DNA of 24,000 nt from Marinobacter nauticus. Lineage in GTDB: Bacteria; Pseudomonadota; Gammaproteobacteria; Enterobacterales; Shewanellaceae. Shown in pieces: positions 1 to 6,766 of this stretch. The stretch's first letter is position 1, and the number at the start of each line of letters is the position of its first letter. The notes beneath the pieces are model-generated. The model made no database searches, was not told the DNA's origin, and saw only the letters and a list, made by a program, of their open reading frames with translations. The stretch is taken from the NCBI GenBank assembly GCA_019801015.1, contig JAHVJZ010000010.1, positions 74,872 to 98,871 on the forward strand, in the 5' to 3' direction. The translations under genes were made by a program, and so were the position numbers.

Positions 1-374
1 TGGCTCATGCCAAGGGACTGACATACCTTGGTCAGCCTGAGCAAGTGGGAAGCAAAGGACACCGCAGAATTCATTCCTTTGGCGAACACACTAGAGTGTT
101 CGAACAGCTCCTGGTAGACGGCATATTTGGCTTCAGCGACGAAACTGATCGGCATGGCTCCCCAGTTGATCTGGTCGCGTGGATTCTCTTTCTTGGTGTG
201 CCGGTAGGAGCTTAGATCCCACAGGATGTCGTTGTAGCAACTTAGCGTACCGCCGTCCCTGGTGCAGCTAACGACCACTTTCTCGAACTGGCTCGGGTTG
301 GTGTTGTCCACCGCCACTTTGACGTAATTCGGGACTGGCGTACCGTCTGCCGCGCCTTTAAAGATGGGTTCCAT
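1..374 (-). CDS. Third gene of the recombinase module (N-terminal 124 aa only; C-terminus lies beyond window start). Possibly a third tyrosine recombinase or an accessory protein.
   Basis: Hand translation of the minus strand from ATG at 374-372 stays open to position 1 (MEPIFKGAADGTPVPNYVKVAVDNT...ILWDLSSYRHTKKENPRDQINWG...LLRLTKVCQSLGMS). An AGGA Shine-Dalgarno lies 5-6 nt upstream. The start is 9 nt after the TAA of the 614-aa gene, so it is operonic. It is absent from the ORF track only because no stop codon falls inside the window. Confidence 0.55.
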   Translation of the reverse strand, partial: MEPIFKGAADGTPVPNYVKVAVDNTNPSQFEKVVVSCTRDGGTLSCYNDILWDLSSYRHTKKENPRDQINWGAMPISFVAEAKYAVYQELFEHSSVFAKGMNSAVSFASHLLRLTKVCQSLGMS

Positions 375-382
375 GGTTGTCC

Positions 383-2227
383 TTACCAGTTGGAATAGAA
401 GTCCTGAGCCGCGTCCTCATCGTCCCAGAGGGGGTGGGTTTCGTTATTGAACTTGGCGCGGGCCTCGGCATACACCTCAGGGTAATTACACTCGACCTCA
501 CCCAGGTCGGCCCGGACCCGTTTGATGACCGCCCGGACCTTATCCACAGGGAAGCCGCTGTGGTTGATTGTGGGTTTTATCAGTGCCTCCACTAGACATT
601 CCAGAAAGCTCAGCATGCACCAAATGTCATCCACTTCAGCCACGAGGGCGCGGTGTTCGCATTTAAAGCAATCGAGGAACTGGAAGCATGGCACTTCCTC
701 CCCTTCGCGTACCAGGCCCGCCTTCTCCAGGTTCGTTTGGGCACGCTTGGCCTTCTCGCCAAAGGGATCCTTACAGCGTGTGCCTATCTTGGTTTTGCGC
801 GGCACCTTCTCGCTGGTCTGCTGCATATCTTTGAGGCGTCTGGCCTTACCGTACGTGGCTTCCACGGCCTCGCGGGCCTTTTCAAGCGTCTCGCCACGGG
901 CGATTAGCTCGATGGCCTCGGCTGCACTGCCCAGCCGGTTGTTGTTTTCGTGTGGGTTACCATTGACGTAAGCGCGAGCCACCGTCCCCAACTCGTTGTT
1001 GAGCCCCTCGGCAACTAGGCTCAGGCTGCCTGTCGCGGAATAAAGGCCTTCCGACTTGGTTTTTCGGAAGCGGCTCACAACGGGCTGGATCTTGCCCGCG
1101 CAGCGGGGCAGAAACCATTTGTTGAACTTAGCCAGGCTGTCAAGGCTAATGGGCTTTCCGGTGTAGACACCATCCATGATCCGAGGAAACAGCCACGTAT
1201 CTTCGGGCAGGTCCATTTGCTCCAGCAGGCCAAAGTAAGCGTTGAGAAAGTCAAGGCCTCGTTTGGTGAAGCCCACGTCAACGGGGTTTTCTTTGCCTCC
1301 CTGGCGCCCCTTCTCGGATACAAGACGGTACAACCCCAAGGCCTTGTCGAATTGATACTTGTGCCCTGCGACGTCAGTGCGGCGTAGCTTGATTAGGTTG
1401 GAGGTATTCTTGCCGGTGTAGGCGGCTACCAGGAAGAACGCGCAGCTTACGAACTTCACCTGCCAAGCGCTCGTATTTTGAGGGTTCACAGCCCATCGTT
1501 TGGCGGGCTGACTGAAGGGGCAGTTGGCTTGTTCCGGGACCTCGTTGGCCTTCAGCTTCTTGCCCAGGCTGTTAAACACAGTGAATAAGTCGCGCACCAC
1601 GGCGCGAAACTCATCGTCAGTATAGGGGAGTGGGGTGCCGGCTCTAGCTCTGGGGCTTGGGGGTACTGGCAGGGTGTCGGCCAAGTCACTGCGGCCCAGC
1701 CAGCGCAAGAACCTCCGGAACCACCTCATGGCTTCAGACCACTTACTATGCGATGCCGGGTCCTGGCGGCACTGTTCGATGGTGTGCTGGCGCAGCGTGT
1801 TGATACACGCTGGGGTCAACTCGACGGGTACAGCAAGCCCGTCCAGCGCCCTGAATACCTGCTTCATCGCTCCAAAACCGGTACTGGCCGAGTGGATGTT
1901 GCTCTGGGAGTCTAGGAACTCCCGAACTTGCACCACCATTGGCAGGCGGCTTTTTACTACCTCACCAGCCAGACTTAGGGTGCTTTGACCCTTACTTCCG
2001 CTCCGAGTCACTTTAGGCACCCCAAGGTAGGCTAGTCGGCCTACATAAATGGTCAGTGGCCTTTTATCTTCTTTTACGCCCCTTACCGTCAGGTTGAGCA
2101 GGTCCAGCGGCACCGTTTTCAGCTCGGGGTCATAGGTACCCTTGGCGGGGACAGGTGGGACACTAAGGGTCGCATGACGAGTTTTGCGGTGCCTCTTGGG
2201 CCACTCAATAGTGGTTTCTTCAGTCAT
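383..2227 (-). CDS. Large divergent tyrosine-recombinase-like protein (middle gene of the trio; size and position resemble Tn554 TnpB or GInt-type second integrases)
   Basis: 614-aa ORF separated from its neighbours by 13 nt and 9 nt. By eye, segment FFLVAAYTGKNTSNLIKL aligns with the Arg-I box of the upstream integrase (LLALYTGMRRAEVLS). SRFRKT aligns with HNLRPT, and ARAYVNG is a candidate Tyr box. The C-terminus has a Cys cluster, CFQFLDCFKCEH...WCMLSFLEC. Confidence 0.6.
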   Translation of the reverse strand: MTEETTIEWPKRHRKTRHATLSVPPVPAKGTYDPELKTVPLDLLNLTVRGVKEDKRPLTIYVGRLAYLGVPKVTRSGSKGQSTLSLAGEVVKSRLPMVVQVREFLDSQSNIHSASTGFGAMKQVFRALDGLAVPVELTPACINTLRQHTIEQCRQDPASHSKWSEAMRWFRRFLRWLGRSDLADTLPVPPSPRARAGTPLPYTDDEFRAVVRDLFTVFNSLGKKLKANEVPEQANCPFSQPAKRWAVNPQNTSAWQVKFVSCAFFLVAAYTGKNTSNLIKLRRTDVAGHKYQFDKALGLYRLVSEKGRQGGKENPVDVGFTKRGLDFLNAYFGLLEQMDLPEDTWLFPRIMDGVYTGKPISLDSLAKFNKWFLPRCAGKIQPVVSRFRKTKSEGLYSATGSLSLVAEGLNNELGTVARAYVNGNPHENNNRLGSAAEAIELIARGETLEKAREAVEATYGKARRLKDMQQTSEKVPRKTKIGTRCKDPFGEKAKRAQTNLEKAGLVREGEEVPCFQFLDCFKCEHRALVAEVDDIWCMLSFLECLVEALIKPTINHSGFPVDKVRAVIKRVRADLGEVECNYPEVYAEARAKFNNETHPLWDDEDAAQDFYSNW

Positions 2228-2240
2228 CAGGTATCAATTT

Positions 2241-3671
2241 CTACTGCAGGATTTTTTGGCACACCGCCACTGACGTATCGTCACCGAATAGATCATCCAG
2301 ATACTCTTCGTAGGCTCGGTCAGCCCTACGCCCCTGGTCATTGTCATTCCAGTAGCGTAGGTAGTGTGTGGTTGTCATGGCATTGCTGTGGCGGAGGCGC
2401 TTTTGCACTAGAGCCAACGCTTCATCGGGATTCACGATCGGCTCGTTAGGGTGCTTTGGATGGTCGCTGGGGTAGCGGCGGCCAAGGCAGTTCGAGAGTA
2501 GATTGACGGCGTAAGTCGGTCTTAGGTTGTGGAACTTGTGGTTAAAGGACATGAGCCCATGGTCGATGTAGATGGCTTTGCGGATCTCACCCCAACGAGC
2601 ATTTAACGTGCCTTCTGCATAAGGCTTTCCTCGGTTATTGAGCAACAGTGGCGGATACTTTTTGGCAAAACCATCTTTGGTCTGTTTTAGATATTTGGTT
2701 AGGCGGGCTTTGTAGCGTGTGCTCTGCTTATAGTGCGCCAGTTCTTGCATCAACCAAACCGGCAACACAATTTCTCCAGTTTTTCCGCCTTTGGTTGCGC
2801 AGCAGACGTGTGGCCCAATGCTGAGTTCGATGGCTTGTTTTCCAATCTTAGGAGGGGACACTAGGGCGCTGCTGAAACTCAGAACTTCAGCTCGACGCAT
2901 ACCGGTGTAAAGAGCTAACAATACGGCTAGCTTGGTCTCTAAAGAGATTCTCTTAGAGACGTAGCGCCGACGTTTGACTGTATAACAGCGCCCGGTGTTG
3001 AGAGTGGCTATCAGGGTGTGCAATTCGGGGTTATCTTTGCTGCGTTCAAGAGGACGCAGGTCGTGCGGGGTATGGTCGGTGCGTCGGGCAGGTTGGTCTT
3101 TCGGCTTGATCTTTAGGTCGGTGGTTTCGATAAAGATAGCCTTGTTGAGGTGGCCCAACATGTTGTCGTTTTGGATTTTTGCTTGTCGAAACTCGCAGGG
3201 CGAGCGACAAAAGTTGATCCCCTTAGCAAGCCAGTGGCGGTACAGACCAATAGCGGCCCCTAGGTAAGTTCTGGCGGTATTGGACGACAGTTTGTGGCGA
3301 CCCGTATAGGGATCGATTTCTTCATGCAACGCCTGTAAGTAGTCTCGGAAGCGGTAAAGGGGTCGTTGGTACTGGGGTCTTGGCATGTGATCCCATTGGA
3401 TCCCAACCTCATCGAGAAAGCGGAAATAGTGGCATAGGCCCTTAGTCTTCGACGATAGGTCCACTTCCAAGTCAACGGACTTACAGTAGATCAGGTATTC
3501 GTTGGCACAGTTAATTGGGTTGCTGTCTGCGTCGAACAGGAGGTACATGTTTTCCAGCGTGACGCCGTCTTCGGTCCACCCTTCTACATGGCCCTCTCCA
3601 TCATCGTTGATTCCCAGTATGGGAGTTGCCCCAACTTCCATACTGGGAATCTTGGTGTAGTGAACTGCCAT
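2241..3671 (-). CDS. Tyrosine recombinase / phage-type integrase (first gene of the trio)
   Basis: 476-aa ORF with recognisable catalytic boxes: Arg-I in LYTGMRRAEVLS, HxxR in FHNLRPTYAVN, and His/Tyr in LRHSNAMTTTHYLRY. The N-terminal region resembles a core-binding (SAM-like) domain (ARTYLGAAIGLYRHW). Confidence 0.85.
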   Translation of the reverse strand: MAVHYTKIPSMEVGATPILGINDDGEGHVEGWTEDGVTLENMYLLFDADSNPINCANEYLIYCKSVDLEVDLSSKTKGLCHYFRFLDEVGIQWDHMPRPQYQRPLYRFRDYLQALHEEIDPYTGRHKLSSNTARTYLGAAIGLYRHWLAKGINFCRSPCEFRQAKIQNDNMLGHLNKAIFIETTDLKIKPKDQPARRTDHTPHDLRPLERSKDNPELHTLIATLNTGRCYTVKRRRYVSKRISLETKLAVLLALYTGMRRAEVLSFSSALVSPPKIGKQAIELSIGPHVCCATKGGKTGEIVLPVWLMQELAHYKQSTRYKARLTKYLKQTKDGFAKKYPPLLLNNRGKPYAEGTLNARWGEIRKAIYIDHGLMSFNHKFHNLRPTYAVNLLSNCLGRRYPSDHPKHPNEPIVNPDEALALVQKRLRHSNAMTTTHYLRYWNDNDQGRRADRAYEEYLDDLFGDDTSVAVCQKILQ

Positions 3672-3783
3672 TGCTCCTCCTTGAGCTCGCGATATTGCGT
3701 GGCAAACGATCTACTGCTTTTTATCTGAGCATTTCTAAGGCAGACAGGTAATGATCTAACGCAAGGTTTTAAGAGGCATCAAT

Positions 3784-3820
3784 GTGTGGAGGTCAGGCTT
3801 GATAGGGAAGGTGTGGGGGT
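3784..3820 (+). repeat. Paired direct decamers GTGTGGAGGT (3784-3793) and GTGTGGGGGT (3811-3820), 27 bp start-to-start, at the island/yajD junction
   Basis: Read directly from the sequence. The same arrangement with the same spacing recurs at 5372-5408. Confidence 0.6.
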
Positions 3821-4020
3821 ATGACCACAACCACGAAAACAACCCATCTGACGGATCCAACTGGGAGTTGCTGTGCCTGTTCTGTCATGACAACGAACAT
3901 GAGAAATACACTCAGGCTGCGCAATATGGCAGTACCGTGCAGGCAGGGGAAGACCTGAAGCGCGATGTGGCTACCCACAACCCCTTTGCTGATCTTAAGG
4001 CGATGATGGGGAAGAAGTAG
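3811..4020 (+). pseudogene. yajD: yajD (HNH nuclease) 3' fragment, copy 1. It lacks the N-terminal Zn-ribbon and the first HNH histidine.
   Basis: The translation DHNHENNPSDGSNWELLCLFCHDNEHEKYTQAAQYGSTVQAGEDLKRDVATHNPFADLKAMMGKK matches the C-terminal ~65 aa of E. coli YajD as I remember it (..HIDHDHTNNPEDGSNWELLCLYCHDHEHSKYTEADQYGT..NPFADLKAMMNKK). Residues upstream (MWRSGLIGKVWGY) are not YajD-like. Confidence 0.8.
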
Positions 4021-4040
4021 CTCTGTACCCCAATACTAAT

Positions 4041-4076
4041 AGCAAAGGGCCCCTGTCTTATCAGGGGCCCTTTGCT
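4041..4076. terminator. Perfect 15-bp-stem hairpin (AGCAAAGGGCCCCTG / CAGGGGCCCTTTGCT, 6-nt loop), probably a bidirectional terminator
   Basis: Read directly from the sequence. It lies between the stop of yajD fragment 1 (4020) and the stop of the convergent 266-aa gene (4097), and is followed by ATTT. Confidence 0.7.
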
Positions 4077-4096
4077 ATTTAAGAGTGTGCTCCAGT

Positions 4097-4897
4097 TTAG
4101 TTGCAGCCGCCTTTTAGTTTTCCGTACACGTTGCCAGATTTCAAACAAGCTCCTTCACCTGGAATTATTTTTAAAGTGCCAGTGATTGTATTGTCTGTAG
4201 CGTATGTGTCAAAGTTATCAATAAGGGAAAGGTTCTTTCCCGCGTAGCCATTGATAATAAAGGACTGTTCGTTATCGGAGGACCTTATAGATCCTGACAC
4301 ATTATCCAATAGTGATATGGCGATAACATTTGCAATCAGTTTTAAGCTTCCCTCAATATGATTTTGCTGTGTGAAAGATATTTGAATTCCAACAACCTTT
4401 ACATCACCATAAATTATATTGTTTGCAATGGTGGCACTCTCGCCATTACCAGAAACTTCTAATGAGCCATTGATGGTTGAGTTATTTATGGAAACATTAG
4501 ATGTGTTTTTCAATAATATGTTGCCAATAATGTCCATTTGATTGAAGTGGGAGGCGGTAGATTCGTGTATTAAAACATTACCATAAATATCGCTGTTGAA
4601 AGAGCCTATATCTCCATTACTTATATCGATGTTTCCGTCAATGGTCGAGGCATTTGAAATGCTTATCTGTCCACCTTCTATTACACTCACATTACCAGTT
4701 AACTTGGCTCCATTTATCAACTTCAGTGTCCCACCGTCAACGATGAAATTATTCTCAAGGTATCCGCCGTCGATGGTGACTTCCTCACCAGCGCTGATGG
4801 TCAAACTACCGTTATCTTCTGAATCTGCAGATAGGTTTAGCGATATAAGTGCCTGAGAAACAAAAATAACCCACAACCACCGTTTGCGTGTAGACAT
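4097..4897 (-). CDS. Secreted repeat protein, probably beta-helix-like (bactofilin / autotransporter-passenger-like G-N-I/V repeats); function unknown
   Basis: ATG at 4897 lies 6 nt after GGAG (the track's TTG start at 4909 is less likely). There is a signal peptide, MSTRKRWLWVIFVSQALISLNLSA|DS. The body is repetitive short motifs (IDGNIDISNGDIGSF, IYGNVLIH, IIGNILLKN, INGSLEVSG, IYGDVKVVG). The gene is visibly AT-rich relative to its flanks. Confidence 0.7.
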   Translation of the reverse strand: MSTRKRWLWVIFVSQALISLNLSADSEDNGSLTISAGEEVTIDGGYLENNFIVDGGTLKLINGAKLTGNVSVIEGGQISISNASTIDGNIDISNGDIGSFNSDIYGNVLIHESTASHFNQMDIIGNILLKNTSNVSINNSTINGSLEVSGNGESATIANNIIYGDVKVVGIQISFTQQNHIEGSLKLIANVIAISLLDNVSGSIRSSDNEQSFIINGYAGKNLSLIDNFDTYATDNTITGTLKIIPGEGACLKSGNVYGKLKGGCN

Positions 4898-5371
4898 CTT
4901 AGACTCCAAATTCTCAATGCCTAAAAGGGGAGGTAAATTGTAGTTGATTATACATAGCTCTGCGTAATGAAATATGAGTTTTTCAAGTTTGATTTTTTAT
5001 TTGAAATACAAAGTTTTAGATGTTTTTAAAGAGCCGTGTCTGGTTATGCTGGCACTTAATAAAGTTAATTAATCAACGGCGTGTTCCCCCGAAACCTAAT
5101 TGTTCATCGAGTTTCATGAGCAGCAGAGCATGAAGAGCTTATCCAGGCGTAAATCGCCTCTTTTAGCGGTAAGTCGTTGAAATTATAAAAATACGGTTTC
5201 TGATGCGAAGTCGTAGTTGATAGAGGCTCCTTGTGGACGAGGTTGTTATTGATACGGGATGTTTTGGGCTCTTGGCGACATTCCGATATCGAGTCGATGC
5301 CCTGCGAGAGGGCGAACAATGTGAGGATGCCTTGAGCGGTCTTGAGAGAAGGAAATATGAGAGGAACATAT

Positions 5372-5408
5372 GTGTGGGGGTTGAGTCTGAGAGGATTAGT
5401 GTGGGGGT
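5372..5408 (+). repeat. Paired direct decamers GTGTGGGGGT (5372-5381 and 5399-5408), 27 bp start-to-start
   Basis: Read directly from the sequence. The 28 nt spanning the first decamer and the spacer match the 3783-3810 equivalent at 17/28 positions by hand alignment. Confidence 0.6.
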
Positions 5409-5608
5409 ACGACCACAACCACGAAAACAACCCATCTGACGGGTCAAACTGGGAGCTGTTGTGCTTGTTCTGCCATGACAACGAACATGAGAAGTACACT
5501 CAGGCGGCGCAATACGGCAGTACCGTGCAGGCAGGGGAAGATCTGAAGCGTGATACGGCCACCCACAACCCCTTTGCCGACCTCAAGGCAATGATGGCCA
5601 AGAAGTGA
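5399..5608 (+). pseudogene. yajD: yajD (HNH nuclease) 3' fragment, copy 2, truncated at the same point as copy 1
   Basis: The translation DHNHENNPSDGSNWELLCLFCHDNEHEKYTQAAQYGSTVQAGEDLKRDTATHNPFADLKAMMAKK differs from copy 1 at 2 residues. Hand alignment gives ~24 nucleotide differences over 210 nt, mostly synonymous third positions. Confidence 0.8.
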
Positions 5609-5630
5609 TTCGACCGTGTTATTTGCGAGA

Positions 5631-5657
5631 GGCCCCTGGTTCTGCAGGGGCTTTTTG
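5631..5657 (+). terminator. Rho-independent terminator downstream of yajD fragment 2
   Basis: Stem GCCCCTG (5632-5638) pairs with CAGGGGC (5645-5651) around a 6-nt loop, followed by TTTTTG. The core GGCCCCTG..CAGGGGC is shared with the 4041-4076 hairpin. Confidence 0.7.
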
Positions 5658-5781
5658 TTATGCGGTGTCCATAGCGTCAGTGATGAGATAAGCGTTATTA
5701 CCCCTTCGGCACTAACGATGCAGTGGAGGCGGTCCCGTTAAGCGTTTCAGATAGTGGCATGCCTTTACGCGTTGAAAATGC

Positions 5782-6519
5782 TCAAGTGGAGTTCCGCCTG
5801 ACGTTAAGGTCTTCGATAACGTGGTGATAGGCCAGTGTGACGATCACTTGCTCTTTGGTTTTTACGTCGCACTTGAACTTCAGCTTTTCCAGATGAAAAC
5901 GCACCGTTCGCTCCGAGATTTTCATCTTCCTGGCCGCTTGGGCGGCCGTCAGTCCCATCGCCAGCCATTGGGCACATTCACGTTCTCGTGCCGTCAGTTT
6001 GCGCATTAATTCGTTGATCTTTGATTGAGTGGCTAACTGATTAACCTGTTGATAAAAGGCCGTGCTCAGTACGCGAAGTCGCTCGCCATGTTCGGTCAGC
6101 CACTTTTCCGCTGATTCCCTACGAGGTAGCACATAGCCAAGACCTGATAAGTTGGTGCCGGTAAACAGTACATCGCTGACGCCATTGGACATGTTGAAGC
6201 TTGCGGCTTCGTTCCAGTATTCATTCAGCGCTTTGGTGCGCTCAAAAAGCCGCTGAACATAAGGCCAGGTGAACTGGGAAGCAGTGACTTTGCCAACAGA
6301 TATTGTCGGGTCGATATCGACATAACCGCACTCGAAATACTGGTTAATCCAGTCCTGCGGGTAATCACCCACCGCCTTCAGCACTTCGCCTGTGCTGTTC
6401 GATATTCTGAAAAAGCAAAACCGCTCTATGCCCATATCGGCGGTGATTGTCTTAAATGCAATGTTCAGCCCGTCTTCCGAATGACAGTGGAATAGCTTTC
6501 CAAGAACTTCGATATCCAT
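5782..6519 (-). CDS. LuxR-family AHL-type quorum-sensing receptor/regulator (a LuxR solo within this window)
   Basis: The N-terminal autoinducer-binding hallmarks keep TraR-like spacing in DWINQYFECGYVDIDPTISVGKVTASQFTW...(28 aa)...G: W, Y at +4, D at +9, P at +10, W at +15, G at +28. The C-terminal LuxR HTH reads LTARERECAQWLAMGLTAAQAARKMKISERTVRFHLEKL. ATG at 6519 is preferred over the two upstream GTGs. Confidence 0.9.
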   Translation of the reverse strand: MDIEVLGKLFHCHSEDGLNIAFKTITADMGIERFCFFRISNSTGEVLKAVGDYPQDWINQYFECGYVDIDPTISVGKVTASQFTWPYVQRLFERTKALNEYWNEAASFNMSNGVSDVLFTGTNLSGLGYVLPRRESAEKWLTEHGERLRVLSTAFYQQVNQLATQSKINELMRKLTARERECAQWLAMGLTAAQAARKMKISERTVRFHLEKLKFKCDVKTKEQVIVTLAYHHVIEDLNVRRNST

Positions 6520-6592
6520 CACCACACCCCATACACGTCAAGGCCAAATATCAGAGGAGCAAGCAGCGGATAAATATAGAAGCAACGAAGAC

Positions 6593-6612
6593 ACCTGTCA
6601 GATCTGACAGGC
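6593..6612. promoter_or_regulatory. lux-box-like site ACCTGTCAGATCTGACAGGC, containing a perfect 18-bp palindrome at 6594-6611
   Basis: Read directly from the sequence. It matches the V. fischeri lux box ACCTGTAGGATCGTACAGGT at 15/20 positions, including the CTG-N10-CAG core. It sits in the divergent region between luxR (start 6519) and the lipoprotein operon (start 6767). Confidence 0.55.
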
Positions 6613-6766
6613 CGGCCTCCGGAAGAAGCAACTAAGGTGTAATGAATTCAGGCCGGTGCAGCGTGCAGGGTTTCGCGCCGGCGTAAGGCTAAGTCGTTGT
6701 TCTGCATAAATTTAACAAAGCTTGTGGCCGAGGCGAAAGCGCTGGCGGCTGGTTGAGGATTGTGTG

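Larger units (their letters stand above)
1..3810 (-). mobile_element. Right-hand end of an integrated genomic island carrying a three-gene recombinase module; the island body extends left of the window
   Basis: Three co-directional, near-abutting recombinase-type genes begin ~110 bp from a junction with a truncated yajD 3' copy. The operon is transcribed inward from the junction, the layout reported for GInt- and Tn554-type elements. Confidence 0.6.
3811..5398. mobile_element. Recombinase-less mini-island or island remnant, bounded by the two yajD 3' repeats
   Basis: On the left it starts with a yajD 3' surrogate plus terminator. On the right it ends with ~40 bp that share the paired GTGTGGRGGT decamers and flanking similarity with the end of the recombinase-bearing island. 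The interior is AT-rich with a single cargo gene. Confidence 0.45.

Noticed and set aside
3784-4020. The 78-aa and 88-aa ORFs (3784-4020 and 5342-5608) as functional small HNH nucleases
   Set aside because: Only the C-terminal ~65 residues are YajD-like. The N-terminal Zn-ribbon and the first HNH histidine are missing and are replaced by junction-derived residues. Both are better explained as orphaned 3' gene fragments.
5104-5499. Minus-strand ORFs of 131 and 94 aa and a plus-strand 68-aa ORF in the right part of the mini-island
   Set aside because: They overlap each other and the yajD fragment, have no RBS or recognisable motifs, and have odd composition. They are probably non-coding island-end DNA.
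6594-6611. The perfect 18-bp palindrome as a transcription terminator
   Set aside because: It sits upstream of both flanking genes in a divergent promoter region and has no U-tract. It matches the lux-box CTG-N10-CAG pattern next to a luxR gene, so a protein-binding site is more likely.
6722-6766. The N-terminal extension of the 306-aa ORF (TTG start at 6722), and likewise 7606-7641 for the 777-aa ORF
   Set aside because: The internal ATGs at 6767 and 7642 give textbook lipoprotein signal peptides. 6767 has a GAGGA RBS and 7642 a stop/start overlap. The extensions are Arg/Trp-rich and would bury the signal peptides.
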